Shown: positions 21,499 to 34,178 of the stretch, in pieces | How positions within the stretch are numbered: the first letter of the stretch is position 1 | How the letters are laid out: every line of letters begins with the position of its first letter | Assembly (NCBI GenBank): GCA_030704615.1 | Contig: CM060731.1 | Coordinates: 82,894,001-82,958,000, forward strand | Length of the DNA: 64,000 bases | Direction of reading: 5' to 3' | From: Takakia lepidozioides | Lineage: Eukaryota; Plantae; Bryophyta | Position numbers and translations under genes: made by a program | The notes under the pieces: generated by a model | Seen by the model: only the letters and a program-made list of their open reading frames with translations | Told to the model about the DNA's origin: nothing | The model's database searches: none

Positions 21499-24129
21499 CT
21501 AAGAAATCCGTCTTAGACCCAAGTAGGCTGCTTCGATAACAAGTCGATGGATTGAATGGGTAAAGACCACAGCATCTAGTCTCTCTATCAGCAACCACAC
21601 CTCATTGGAGTACTCCCTGGAGATTGCTTGGAGATAGCCCAGTGTACACCGACGCCATTGCTGCTCTTCTTCCGCTTTGGAATGAACTTTAATTTCTGTC
21701 CCATTCGCTGACCGTTGGTTCCTTCGATTTCCTTTCCCCTCGGCATTGAGATCATCGGCTTCCACATCTGTAGGGCCCCCAGCAACCGCCTCCACACCCC
21801 CTGCAACAACATCACCAACCGCTGAGTCTTCAACATCTGGCAATGATCTGGAGAGCCGCTCCGTCAACAAATCTGCAAAGCTTTGGTACACGGCCAAAAA
21901 TAGTGCCTCTTGTTCATGCAGTGCCCGGGCAAGAAGAGCCTCCTTAGATTCCAGAGTTTCTTGTGCTGAGGTCTCTTCATCCTTCGCTTTGTCAGCCACA
22001 GTCTTAGCCCAGTCAGCTTTGGAGTTGAGGGGAGAACGAGTTTCATCACTCTTTGCCCCCTCTGCTACTGCAACCGCTGCATCCCACTTGGCCTGGGCTT
22101 TTTCTGTTGAGGCACTTGCTGTTTTAAGCCCCTTTTCAGCAGAGGCCACCTCCCGTCTCAAATCAACTGTGCGGTTATTTGTTTTATTGATAGCATTTCT
22201 AAGAATCTCCCAGACCCGATCTGAAGTGTGGAATTGGTCAACATTGTCAGGACCAAAAACCCAGGCCACAATAGCCAGATTGGAAACCATGCGGTACCCC
22301 ATCATCCTATCAACGACAATTGCAGTCATCTGGGCTGAGTTCTTCCAGAGTCCTGCCACAGCTTCTACCATCGCTGTTTGGTATACCTGATCAGGGGCTA
22401 TCTTCCTCAAAATTTGGCCATACTTTTCCAGCACAGTTACAGTGTGTGTAAAGCTCTTGGACCCAATGTAGAGGAGGGTCTGCACAACGACGTCAATTGC
22501 CACTTTCTGCCCATGTGGCAGTATAATCCGCTCATCAATCCAAACCTGAATCTCGCGCACAGTTTTCTTGCCCCTAACCATCCCAGTCAGCTCAGTGGAA
22601 AGTGCTATTTCCACCTCTGAAACCTCTCCCCGACTCTCTACACCATATTTGAACGAGGGTGTGTTTTTAGGTGGAAGGAGATCCAAAAGCTTTGGTGTGG
22701 AGGCCACACTTTCTTTGATTTTGTCCCAATAAGCTAGTCGAACCTCCTTCTCCAACACTTCCCTTGCAAAGACACGCTGTGGTGCCCACTTGGGTTGGTC
22801 TAATACATGTGCCCATTCCTCCCAGGGCCAAACAAACTGGAAGTTTGAGAGATGGTGGGAAAGCCATTGGACAAGCCGCGCGCGGCACTCCACATCCATC
22901 TCGGCCACGCGGTTGAAGAGAGCCCGGACGCCGCCAGCTACGACAGCAGGGAATGCCCCAGGAAGCGCTTTGCAGAGATCGACCATCACAACAGTGTAGT
23001 AGATTAGCCGGAAGGGAGGATTTGGGAGCAAAAGCAGTTGCGAGAAGACTGTCTCGGCCATCAAATATTCGTAGCGGAAAGGAACTGGCAGGCCCACCAT
23101 GAATGCAGCACACTCCTTGCGACAGCCATTGAGGTAGAAAAGCACATCAAGAAGATACTCTTCCACCACAAAACGATCGATAGGGGCGATTTTCTCATCA
23201 GTTTTCGATGGTGGAAAGATCCGAAGACGCATGTTCCGTCGAGGATACTTCTGTTCTGCTTCTTGCCGCTGCCTTCCAATGGATATGTCTGTTGGAGTAC
23301 CAGGTGGTTTAGGTGTCTCCGGGACAGATAGAGGACCAAAGTCATGGCTCTGATTTGTGGCCAAGCGCGATTCAAATACTAGATGAGGCCTTGGAACACT
23401 GTCTACCTTCCAGCCACTTTCAATAAGAACCTGGATGCGCGACCACAAGTCCTCTAAGTCCTCCAGATTATCCTCCTGGTCGGCACTTACGTCGTTTCCA
23501 TTTTCCCTCTCAGGTTTGCGGAAGACAGAAAGACAGGAGTAAGTTGTGCGTTTCCGCAGGTTCAAGTAAGCCTCCACGCCATTCAAGACTCGTTCCAGCT
23601 CCTCTGGCACGCGCTCAGCAAGCTCCATCCCACCCCACGGCAAAGAAGCTAGAATGCAGAAGACGTAAAAATCTGCCCGTGCCTGCCACGCCGGGTTGCC
23701 ACCATCCTCATCAATCGTGGTGGCCGCAGACGACACGAGAGTCTCAAAGACTTCAATAAGGGACCCGGGCGCTATCACATTGCTACACATGAGTACGGTG
23801 AGGAATCGGGTGAGAATCCGCAACTTGTTGCAGTTATCTGTGTCCAATGCCTCCTGCATTCCCCCGTGAGTCTGGCTCACAACTTTCGCCACAAAGTCAG
23901 CCTCTTCAAGATTGATCAACCCCACCACCGTCCCGTAGAGGGGGTCCTTGTGTGGCAACTCCTCCACACATTGCATCAACAATGCTAGAATCTCACTCCC
24001 ATTTTGCTGCAAATCTCGAACCAGGTAAGTGTAGCAGGTCTCAATGTGGTCTTCGGCATCCGCATGGCCCCCGTACTCTGGGCACCTCTCGCCAATCCTC
24101 ACAAGCAGCGAATGCCAGCTAGTGCTCAT
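21499..24129 (-). CDS. CBP80: Nuclear cap-binding protein subunit 1 (CBP80/ABH1/NCBP1), 876 aa, single coding exon
   Basis: MSTSWHSLLVRIGERCPEYG, ELPHKDPLYGTVVGLIN, PIDRFVVEEYLLD, LSHHLSNFQFVWPWEEW and IGSKSFTH are typical plant CBP80 MIF4G-repeat motifs. Uninterrupted ORF. Confidence 0.96.
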   Translation of the reverse strand: MSTSWHSLLVRIGERCPEYGGHADAEDHIETCYTYLVRDLQQNGSEILALLMQCVEELPHKDPLYGTVVGLINLEEADFVAKVVSQTHGGMQEALDTDNCNKLRILTRFLTVLMCSNVIAPGSLIEVFETLVSSAATTIDEDGGNPAWQARADFYVFCILASLPWGGMELAERVPEELERVLNGVEAYLNLRKRTTYSCLSVFRKPERENGNDVSADQEDNLEDLEDLWSRIQVLIESGWKVDSVPRPHLVFESRLATNQSHDFGPLSVPETPKPPGTPTDISIGRQRQEAEQKYPRRNMRLRIFPPSKTDEKIAPIDRFVVEEYLLDVLFYLNGCRKECAAFMVGLPVPFRYEYLMAETVFSQLLLLPNPPFRLIYYTVVMVDLCKALPGAFPAVVAGGVRALFNRVAEMDVECRARLVQWLSHHLSNFQFVWPWEEWAHVLDQPKWAPQRVFAREVLEKEVRLAYWDKIKESVASTPKLLDLLPPKNTPSFKYGVESRGEVSEVEIALSTELTGMVRGKKTVREIQVWIDERIILPHGQKVAIDVVVQTLLYIGSKSFTHTVTVLEKYGQILRKIAPDQVYQTAMVEAVAGLWKNSAQMTAIVVDRMMGYRMVSNLAIVAWVFGPDNVDQFHTSDRVWEILRNAINKTNNRTVDLRREVASAEKGLKTASASTEKAQAKWDAAVAVAEGAKSDETRSPLNSKADWAKTVADKAKDEETSAQETLESKEALLARALHEQEALFLAVYQSFADLLTERLSRSLPDVEDSAVGDVVAGGVEAVAGGPTDVEADDLNAEGKGNRRNQRSANGTEIKVHSKAEEEQQWRRCTLGYLQAISREYSNEVWLLIERLDAVVFTHSIHRLVIEAAYLGLRRIS

Positions 24130-24399
24130 CCTCGCTCCTAATGCAGCAGCCTCTCTAAGGTCTCCACCAGCATGATATCAGTTCATCCAACCGACTACCA
24201 TTCAAGAACCCCCTCAGCAAAATGAGTTTCCAAAATGAACTGATGCAATGTGAAAACAATAAAACACCAGCAAATGTCGCCTACGAGTCTCCACCACGGC
24301 TGTCATCAATTCAACCTCAGCAGAGAAATTTGACGCTTCACCAAAACGAAGTCCAAGTATTCTTCGCAGCAAACGCAGAAGTCAGAAAACGCAGCTGCA

Positions 24400-24680
24400 A
24401 CTCTCTCAAGACTCTCTCTCTCTCTCTCTCTCCCTCGTTGCTCGGACACAGCAGAGTCTCCAAAGAGAACCCTAACCCTAAACGTGACTCCTCACACGCT
24501 TCCCGCAATTGATTTGTTTTTCGTTTTCGGCTTTCAAACTGTGTACAGAGAAGATTGAACTCGAGACCTTGTTCCTGGGGTATGGAGTCTGGAGTATGTA
24601 CAGAATGGTCAACCAGGGTTAGTCTGACGTCAGTAATTTAATGGGCCCAGTTTTAAGCGGGCCCCACCGGACGATAGCCA
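24400..24680. promoter_or_regulatory. CBP80 promoter/5' UTR elements: (CT/GA)n tract, telo-box-like AACCCTAACCCTAAA, site II-like TGGGCCC
   Basis: (CT)n at about 24412-24432, telo-box at about 24468-24482, TGGGCCC at 24642 and GGGGCCCCAC at about 24659. This combination is common upstream of plant translation and RNA-processing genes. Confidence 0.55.
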
Positions 24681-26697
24681 GCCACAAACCTTCTACAGCC
24701 GGTGGCAGCCTGCGCGACCGGTCACGAGGAGCCAGAAGAGTGGGCGACCGGGCGAGGCGGTCGGCAACATCATGTGGCAGCCACAAATAAAAAATAACTA
24801 AAATTATATATATATATTTGGGAATAAAATGAATAAAACAATTGATCGCGACAGAAGTAGAGGCTGTTTCCGGGGAAGTTTCCCCCCGGTTAGCCTTTAC
24901 GGCCTCCCTGGTGTTTATTTTTTCCACCTTTTGTGAACCTTTATTTAATTTAATTTGATTAAAAGGGCCTCTGTCCCCTTCCATTCAAAAAACAAAAAAA
25001 GAAAAGAAAGTAGAGGCATGGATGCATGGATGCATGGGCGGATGCGGGCATGTGGGCGGGATGGTGTGGCATGTGGAGAGCGGGCGTGTGAGCCAGCAGG
25101 TCACCCTCTCTCTGCAGGACGGATGCTCTGAAGCGCAGCAGAGGGAGGAGCGAGAGGTACGATTGATGAGAAGGGGAGAAAGGACGTATCCAGGATTGTG
25201 TACTCTACATCACCATTGCGTTTTATCTCTGCGATGGTGGGTTTAGCTTGATCGACTACCGCATTGTACTTGCAAGGCCATGGCCTCCCAAGTACTGGGC
25301 AGGATCGGGGTGGTCGGCATCGACTTCTGTTGGGGCCCGAATACAGTGGGACCTGGTCACTGGTCGGATGGTGGAGCAGTGGTGTGAAGAGGTGTGGTCC
25401 ATCTAAAAATGAAGCTGTGGAGGTAGAGGAGGTGTCTAGTGATGGGAAGCTGAAGGTTTTATCATCGACTTGTTTTTGAAGGTGACTTGCATTGCAAGGG
25501 CATAAGATCGCAGCAGCAAAGCTCCAAGCTCGGTTAGTAATCCTGAGTTTTTCTGGGAGAGAAGTGCATGTGCGTCTTGCAATTCTTGAATGGAACAGAT
25601 TCATCGGCCACTTGAAAGGCAAGCTGCTAAATGTGTGGATTGTCGGGGCACAGCTGCCGAAAGCCATCTGGTCTCCCTTCTCAATCTGTAAGAGGCCACA
25701 GCGGGGGACGGTTTGGAGGTTGGTTGGAGTTTAAGCACACCTAGCTAGCTTGGTTGGATGAGCTCTCTATCGTCTGGTAAGTCAGAGGGAAAGTTGCGGA
25801 AGTAGGAGTGGAGAAGCAGTTGCAGGCGCAGGCGTGGAGCCACTCTTTGCCTATGCCGCGTGGATCCTTATGTACTCACCGAAAGATTCGACTGAGGAGA
25901 GGATTGAGTATGCCGTTTCTTGATGGACAGGAATAGTGCAGTTGAAGTGGCCATGGGGTGACATATTCTGCGACTTCGACTTATTATAAACATGGAGGCC
26001 TCTTGTCGCTGACATACTGAAGGTAGAGATCACGAGGAGGTAGGAAGTTAGAACATATAGTGGCCACCAAGATTAGTCATTTTAGTGAAAAAGATACACG
26101 GGACTTCAAAAAAGTAAAACTACTTCAGAGCCAAAGTATAATTGTGCAGGTGCGCAAGTGGTTCTGGTTTATCAGGAGTTTGGAAAAGGGGAACGGTCAT
26201 CAAAGTATGTCTACCTGGGGTTTTGATGAAGTTGATGAAGTTGACGGCTCGTCTTCGGTGAGCCAGCTCTTTCTGTTGTCCTTACTCTTGTGTGGAGGTT
26301 CAGAGAAAACAAAAAAATGTTGTCCATGGGGGGAGGAGCCAGTAGTAGAGAGGGGAGTGAAAGGAGGTGAAAGAATATCCCCGATGGTCATCAGTTCCTG
26401 GCCACTTTGTATTCCAAACTGTTGGCTTGAATTTTTGTTTTCTGCAGTATGTCTTATCCCACCGTGAACCCATTGCTTTGTTGAGCATAACCTTTCAACT
26501 TGGCTTGTTGAAAGTCGCTGTCATGGTCATTTTTTTTTATCAAAGTCTCAGAAACGAGTAGCAAGAAGGACTGACAAAATTGTGCCTCAGCCACATTGCC
26601 TCATCTTGTAGCTAGGGTGAGATATTGGGATTCTGTTATAAAATCTGTTGATCAAGCGTACATGGATGACCTCAATATGCGCCTTGTTTTGTCACAG

Positions 26698-29600
26698 TTT
26701 GATGGTATGGTATGGGATGACTTTGGAGAGAGTGATCAGGCTGTGCCAGAGCCTGATCAAGGTGCCACACATGTAATCATTGGTGATTGGCGGAAAAAGT
26801 CGCATTGTGAGTTCTCACATCCTTTCTCAAAGAACTTGGGGCTAATCTCGCAGCAGTCTGATGGATCCACTGACATCATCAAATTGTGCAAAGAGGAGAA
26901 AGGTCAATTAACAGATTTGGGCTCTGTAACCAGCATTGACCCTCTGCTGCAAGCAATGCCAACTTCATTGGCCCTGGACACATGGGTGGATCTGCAGACT
27001 GGGGTTGATTTGGTGAATGAGCAGGCATCATTTGTCAAAGTATCCCTGCAATCTGGTCAGTTATGCCCTCTTAGCTTTGAGTTTACCAGCTTGATTGTTC
27101 TTGTTGGCTGCTTAGTGTGGAGGCATTGTTTGCTTCAGTTGCATATCCTCTTGCGTCTTGGTGGGCTCCCCTCACAGGATGTATTCATTTGTAAGCTAAT
27201 GCTTATCCTGTTTTCACATAGGCTGCTCAGTGTGTATTCCTGTAGGTGTCCCTGTCACATACATTCTAGATTTACCGTGCATTGGCATACTGGTGGGCTT
27301 TATGGACTGTCCTTAAAAGATTCTCACGTTCATTTTGTTAGTTTATGGTTCTGAGCTTCCAGAAGATTTGCATTATTATGAACGGTCAAAGATGTCAGAG
27401 AGTATGTATGCTGAGACCACAGTGCAGAAGGTATGACAGGGAGTGAGGAGGTGAAATTGGAGCCCACAGTCAGCGGTGATCTTGGGGCCTATATGAATGA
27501 CGCTATGTATTCAGAAGAAGATGCCAGTATTGTGACGACGACATGTCATTTTCCACTTGATGAGGTGGATCCGGCAGATAGTGGACTTCCTTTGTTTGGT
27601 GGGGAGAGTAACTCCGGCAAGCTGGACTACAATTGGGATAACAGTTTTGACAACTTGGGTGATGTGGACAAACTGTTCAGGCACTACATCTCTTTCCCAC
27701 ATGCGTATCTGTGTCTGTTGGATTCTCATTTCTGTGTTCTATGTGTAGTTTGTTCTTCTTGTCAGTCCTTTCAAGTTGGATAGTCAAAGATATGTTACCA
27801 AACTGGCTTGCAGTATCTGACTTTTGCAATGATAGTATTTTTCCTGGTGGGGTTATATGTGTGGTACATTTGGTAAGAGTTGTCACCCAGTCCCTGCAGT
27901 CTAGTGTGTTCATGCTCTTTACTTTCAAGATGCAGTTTCAATTCTCCCTTCATAGGGATGTCACTTTGTGACAACTGCTACTTCAGTGGTGTGGGAGTAC
28001 TTATGTCTCTTTATAGGCTTTTCATGGCATTTCTAGTGCAGAGACATCTGTTTCTCCAGAGTTTCCCCATCTGGGGCAGACGCATTTGGTTTTGAAGACC
28101 AGAAAACCTTGGCAGCTACTTCACAATGCACCCCATCTTTGTGCAACGATTCAAGCCTGGTTTTCTAGTGTTTCTCATTTGTTTTGTGGTCTTGTCCCAT
28201 ACAAAGGGCTTCCCTTGTCACATAGTCGTTTCCCGTCTTCCTTTCTTTTCTTCTTTACTAGTGTTGTTTTTGGTCTGCTTGGGAGGAATGATTCATTTGT
28301 GCCCTTAGCTCACCCTGGAAATGGAACAAAGCTAAGGTTAAGTAGCTGATCAGCAAAGTGTCCACTTGCAGGACTGACTCTTCTTTAGGTCAAGTAATGA
28401 GCTCAAGCGCTGATGGCCTCCAATGGCCTGCTTCTTTGTCCCCTCCCAGCTTGCAGTCAGGCAGCCACATGGCAGGCGTCAGATCACCATCAGGATCTTA
28501 CTGTAGTCCAGTGATGAAAGGCAAGTTGGACCACTTGAACATGAAGATGGAGTTCATTCCTATTAATACCCCATCCACTCTACCATCCTTGGAGAAAGCC
28601 CAAGATGTGAGCTTCTTCAAGGACCAGCACTTTGGTGCTGGTGTTACTGGCAGCAGTTTGCAGCAGCCACATGTCCTCCAGCAGTCGACACCCGACTTTC
28701 ACGAGAGGGATCATTTACAGGGAGGAATGGTGTGTCCTGCTATTTGTGCTTCTTTTGTGTTTCTTATGAGGGCTCTAACTCTTGTTGCCAGGATGAATAT
28801 TTGTAGTGAAGTCAGTTGCAGAGATACGGTATCAGCCACTGTGACCAGGAAAACTTGATGATTTGACAGATCTTGTGAAGTCTTCGGGAAAGTTGGTGGT
28901 GGCCCTACATGTCTTTTACTGGATGGCCCTTACCATGGGGAGTCATGTTTGCGCTATTGCAAGTTCAGTAGCGTCCCAACAACCATTTACTTAGTTATAA
29001 GCGTCTTGATTGCCTTGGTGTTTCTCATGGAGCAGGATCAATCTGTTTTTAAGAGGATTCGGCAGTAATTAGATAGTACATTGTTATTCACTCAAACCGT
29101 GATTTGGGCAGTGTTGTATGGGTTCATCAGCAATTCGAAGCAGATATTTTTTATTGCTTTTTCTTGTCAAGTTGATGCAGGCAACAGCAGCATCTGGAAG
29201 TTTCGTGGAGGGCAACATCTGTGCCATGACAGGAGTAGAGACAACTGAAGATGATGCTGGGCCATCTTCTACCACTATCTCTGACTCAGGCAAAGCCAGC
29301 ATGTCTAAGGTACAAATTTAATTTATATGTGAGTTCAGATTTTAATAGGTTCTCACATCAAGTACTCTGTTGTATTTGTGGACATACAGCGTTCAAGTGG
29401 CAACCAGCTAGTACTCACATCTTCTTTGTTTAGGGTGCAGAAGGCCCCTTCAGCTACCGACCGTTGATTTTCTAAGATGCCACATCTTACTTATGTTTGA
29501 TTTCATTGATATAATCTTTTTTTTGTGTATCCTTAGTTTGCTTCTCTACTGTTTAGTTTTTTTCCCCTCTGTCCCCTCAGGTACATTCAAGTACATTCAG

Positions 29601-32600
29601 TTGGCAGTGACAGTTCCTCTGTCCTATGAGTTAAACTCAGATTATGTCCTTCCATGGAGCAACTCAGTCTGACCTCTTTTCTTTTGTTAGTTCCTTTTTG
29701 TTTTATTCTTAAGTCCTTTGTTGATAGTTTCCTTGTCTTATCGTCTTCTTCTCTGTGGCCTTCTCTAATTGAGTTTGTTGTTTATTAACATTCACCGTAG
29801 TAGGACAGTTTTCTGTCTTCCGGGGACTCATGCATTTGCAGAGCAACTCAGTCCAACCTGTCTTTCTAAACCTCTCTTAGTCTTGGCTTCTTAATGTAAC
29901 ACTCAGGTAAGACAGGTTGCCTATCACATACTGAAGCTCAACTTTTCCCCTTGAAAGAGTCATGCTTGTGTGCACTCGAGAACCGTATCGTTAGACTGGG
30001 TAGTTTTCCATTAGACAGGGGGAACATTTGTATAGTTTGTTATTGTGATTCTGCACTTTCTACCCTAACCATTTAATTTTGTTTCTGTCAAAACTCACAT
30101 TGGCCAAACTGAATTCAACAATAGTTGATGACGTTCAGTTTTCCAGCTCAGGCATAGTTGTCTTGCTTTCGTTGGTTCTAGTTTGTGTCTGTCTTTTCTG
30201 GTTGCATTATTTGTTGTTTATTTTCATTTCCTGTGCTTGGTTTTATTTTGCTGCAATGTGTGCTTTGTTAGTTGTGAGGATCTGCCTTCCTGGTGTTCAT
30301 ATTATTAAAGCTGCTTGCAATGAAGGGTATGCTTGGCATCTCATTTTGACAAGGTTAAGAACTGTTCTCTTGACTCAGAATGTATATAGCATTTCAGACT
30401 TTGGTATATTCAAAATGATGAAGGACAGACTTCTGAAATTTTTTGAAGTGGGGAGATTACCAGGACAAAATATCAAGTTTAACATAAGAAGAAACAATAA
30501 AAGAGAGGAAAGAAACCCAAAAGAATTATGTCTCAAACTTAGAGAGTCAATCTAAGAGTAAAAGACACCAAGTATATTTTGTATACTCCCCACCAATTAG
30601 AAGGTGCAGACGAACTGAGTTCTATTGTCAACGTGGGAAGACCCAGCCAAGGCATATTTTTAGCATTGCTTTGTCTCTCACATAGATACATATTATGGAT
30701 GTTGGGTGATTGTAGTGATACTTTTACCGAGGTTAAACCTCCATCTTTGTGTGGGGAACTACTTCTGGTTTCCAGCCTTCCTCTTCAAGCCATAATAAAC
30801 ATCTTAAAGTCCAGATACCAGAGTGACATATTTGTGGTTGAGCTGTCCAGACCAGATATGTGTCAAAATGCACAGCTGTAGCTGCTTGAACTTCAACATA
30901 GTGGCCTAGATTTTACAGTCTGTGGAGCATAATGGCTGTGAAAATGTGTTGGTATTGGCAAAGAATCTGGAAGATATTTGGATGAGTGGTTTCTTATTGT
31001 GTAAAGGCATAATTAATTATGTAACTTCATGGGAGGAGGTATTAACAACACAAAACATACTTGATTCCAATAAAGGCTGGTAATGTCATACTATCTTGGT
31101 TGCTTTCTCAATGACAGGTCTCTTGGGAAGTGCCTTTATACTTACATCCTTACAGAAACACTGAGAGTTAACTGGCATACACTGATTCCAGTAGAAGCCA
31201 AACCTTTGGTCTTGTGTTGAATTGTTGTGGCTTCTGCATTACTGCTAGCTTGTTCCTTGTGTAGTCTATGGTGATTGTGGATGTCACAGTAATGTCATAC
31301 ATAGCATATGAATGCACTTACACAAACACCCCTATGGAACCCACAACACATGCTGTGAATGTCGGATGTCCTCATATCTGACATCCCACACAGATACGGT
31401 AGTGATGAGCATGTTGAGATTCTGGGATAAGAAATCAGCATGCTGTTTTTCTTTTGGGAATGACTTTCTTTATCACTTACCAAGCTGTTTGCTAACTGTG
31501 CACAGAGAGGTTCTCTACCATTATGCTTACCTCTTGGTGCTATGAATACTATGTTAGTCTACCCATCCACATGGTGGTGTGATTCAGTTTATGAGCAGCT
31601 GCCTGATTTATCCCTTGTGGCAGGCCCACCTAGCACAGCTGCATGCAGCTGACTGTAAGCGGAGCGATGAAACATATAAGAGGCAGCCCAATCGTGGGCC
31701 TGGGGTACCATTTGGATAGGACACTGGAGACTCCAGCAAAAAATCTTTCAGTCAATGCCATTGAGAAGATCTGAAAGAGACCCGTCACCCCAGTTCCTCT
31801 CTCTACATCAATGCAGCTGATGTTGCAGCCACTGTTCCCATATGTGCATGCAGGGTATGCCCCAATGCAGCTCCTACACACCAAGCCTTAGTGAGGAGTC
31901 AGCTGCCACCAGCAAACATCCCAGGGCATGTATGTCGGTTACTCACAGCCTTGCACAATCACACAACCAGTTTTGCATCAGCTGCAGCCATCTTTAGATA
32001 TAGCAGCTAGTAGCCCCACAACCCCTCTAGAGAAGCTGGAGAAGCTTAGGTGGCGGCAACAGATGCAAGCCCGGTTTGCAGTGAGAGCACAGCAACAGCA
32101 GTTTGCTTCCCAACCTGTCGCCATGCACCCGCCACTGCCAAGGGGTCTGCCTGTGAGTCAGTCAGAACCAGCTGGTGGCTCATGTGAGTTAGTTGAGACC
32201 ACATCAGGGACTGACCCTGAACCGTCTCTTTCAATTGGCCAAAAAAGTGCAGAGGCCATCTCAGAAGAGGAAAACGGTACCATGGAGGCTGTGATGCTGG
32301 GCCAGCTTCAAAACATTATGTCAAGGGTAATGACTCTTGTCACGTACCCTACAAAATTGAGAAATAGTGGCAGTCTTAAATTTTTGAAATTTTGCTTGGC
32401 TGGTAGTTGATATCAGGGGATTCGTGCACACAAACTTTCAGCTTAAAATGCCAAGGGAATTGGGGACCCGTCTTGTAGATAATCGGATTCCTTCAGGAGA
32501 TAGAGATTATGCATTTGCAGAGATTTTTCAGAAGCAGCTTTCACAAGATAATTAGTCAGAAATGACTGGATATGCTGCACAATCATCATGCATTTGTGGT

Positions 32601-34178
32601 TTGGCAGTTGGATGTTGGAACCAGGTTGGGCATACGCGATGCTCTGTATCGGTTGGCCAGGAGTGCAATGAAGAGGCGGGTTACAGGTGCAGATGCTCTA
32701 AGCACCAGCCAAACCTCAGAGACTGACAATGCACCCAATGGCCAGGAGTCCTATACAAGAAGCAATCATTCGTCTTCTAGCAGGGTTTCCAGGTAACTGA
32801 CATTCCTTCTGTGGCTTCGCTGGGTCCAAAAAGGGTCTCTTAAGTACAGGTCTATCTTTTGTGGTTACTTTGCTTAATGATGTAGTCTTGCACACAAAAC
32901 ATTGGGCAAGTTTTGACAATCCAACTGTTTTGTATTGTACTATCAAAACATGTATGTTGAAAGCTAATACTTGGGCTTCACTGGGGATTGCGATCCGTGA
33001 GCATAGTATTGCTATAAAGTATGGACCACTGTGTTGGGCAGGTAGGCCTTTGTTTTTGCTCGAGTTTGTAAAGTTCAATGCATGTTTAATCGCTTACAGT
33101 GTTGACATGGAGAGTTGTGTATTTTTGTCATGAGGAGATGAGGAACAGAAGACAGTCTATGCACCATCGGAGGATTGTAAGGATAGGAGCTGGTACAGTG
33201 GAAAGGCTTAACTAGAATATGTTCTTCGATATGGTGCAAGGTGATGAATTTGAGGCACTGGGTGGCGGAGCTCCAACCAATCAGGGAGGGGTCAACCCAT
33301 TGACGAGTCGCATAGGTCTCTTCAGTCTACTCTTCCCCCATAAAAGGCTCTTCAGTCTACTCTTCCCCCATAAACACTAGCTGATAGCACACCTCTTTCA
33401 AGGCCATATCATCCCCCTCCAAGTGGGCCTTGGATGTTTCACCTGGCAGGTTTCCCACCTGGCTACTGTGTAGGCGGAGCTCCAACCAATCTGATGGGAG
33501 GGTCAGCGGCCAGAGGTGTAGCTGGAGTTGACACAGCATCTGGTTCTCTTCTTGGAGTCAATATGCAGTCTTCCCCCATAATGTACGAGGGTCCTACCCC
33601 TGTGACAAGGCCACACGGCATTGCAGGGAATCAAACAGTAGACTGTCAGACCAACAGTTTGTCTTTGATGGAAACTGAGAGCCAGCTTTCTGGTGGACAC
33701 TTGCAACAAAGCCTCGTTGCAAGTGGCAGTGTCTCTCCTGCAGCTCTAGGTTGTCAACCAGGTGAAGGGGCAGCTTGTTCTTTGCGAGCCTCAGTCCCAC
33801 AGGAAGTTGCTGCTTCGGGGCCAAAAGATAGCTGTGAGGAACTCCGACCCCGTCGGTTGCAACATGCTGGAGGATGTGAGGAGCTTAGGAAAGTTTGTAA
33901 GGAGCTCCGACCCCATCGGTTGCAGCATGCTGCAGGATGTGGGGAGCTTAGGCAGTATTTGCAAACTGAGGGACTCGATGTGAGATTGCTAGGACCTTCG
34001 ATTGACAAGGATGACAATATCCCTGAAGCTGGTCCACCTCATTCCACATCTACTGCATCTGATGAATGTAAGGCAGTCTGCCTTCTTGCAAGTGAGCTAT
34101 CAGAGAAAGATGCTGGAAGGACCCCAGGTGGCGACGAGTTGCTGCAGCAAGATGGGCCTATGAAGGGGAGAAGCTAAG
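26698..34178 (+). pseudogene. LNK: LNK family (night light-inducible and clock-regulated) multi-exon gene, apparently disrupted
   Basis: Approximate exons 26698-27056 (FDGMVWDDFGESD..VPEP), 27363-27680 (LDYNWDNSFDNLGDVDKLFR), 28372-28729, 29181-29308, 31624-32327 (TPLEKLEKLRWRQQMQA, LGQLQNIMSR), 32608-32790 (LDVGTRLGIRDALYRLARSA) and about 33241-34178. Stops or frameshifts at about 27430, 31715-31890 and 33295-33400. First coding exon not located. Confidence 0.82.
33833..33958 (+). repeat. 63-bp in-frame tandem duplication in the last LNK exon
   Basis: CEELRPRRLQHAGGCEELRKV / CKELRPHRLQHAAGCGELRQY. Confidence 0.85.

Noticed and set aside
21746-23759. Plus-strand ORFs overlapping CBP80, and similar antisense ORFs over the pol genes
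   Set aside because: They are shadow frames of real coding sequence with no recognisable motifs.
24468-24482. Telomeric repeat array
   Set aside because: Only two units are present, which fits a promoter telo-box. Scattered AAACCCTA motifs in the element leaders are likewise not arrays.
30079-30881. Hydrophobic ORFs resembling membrane proteins
   Set aside because: They lie in T-rich LNK intron sequence, start at non-ATG codons and show no family motifs.
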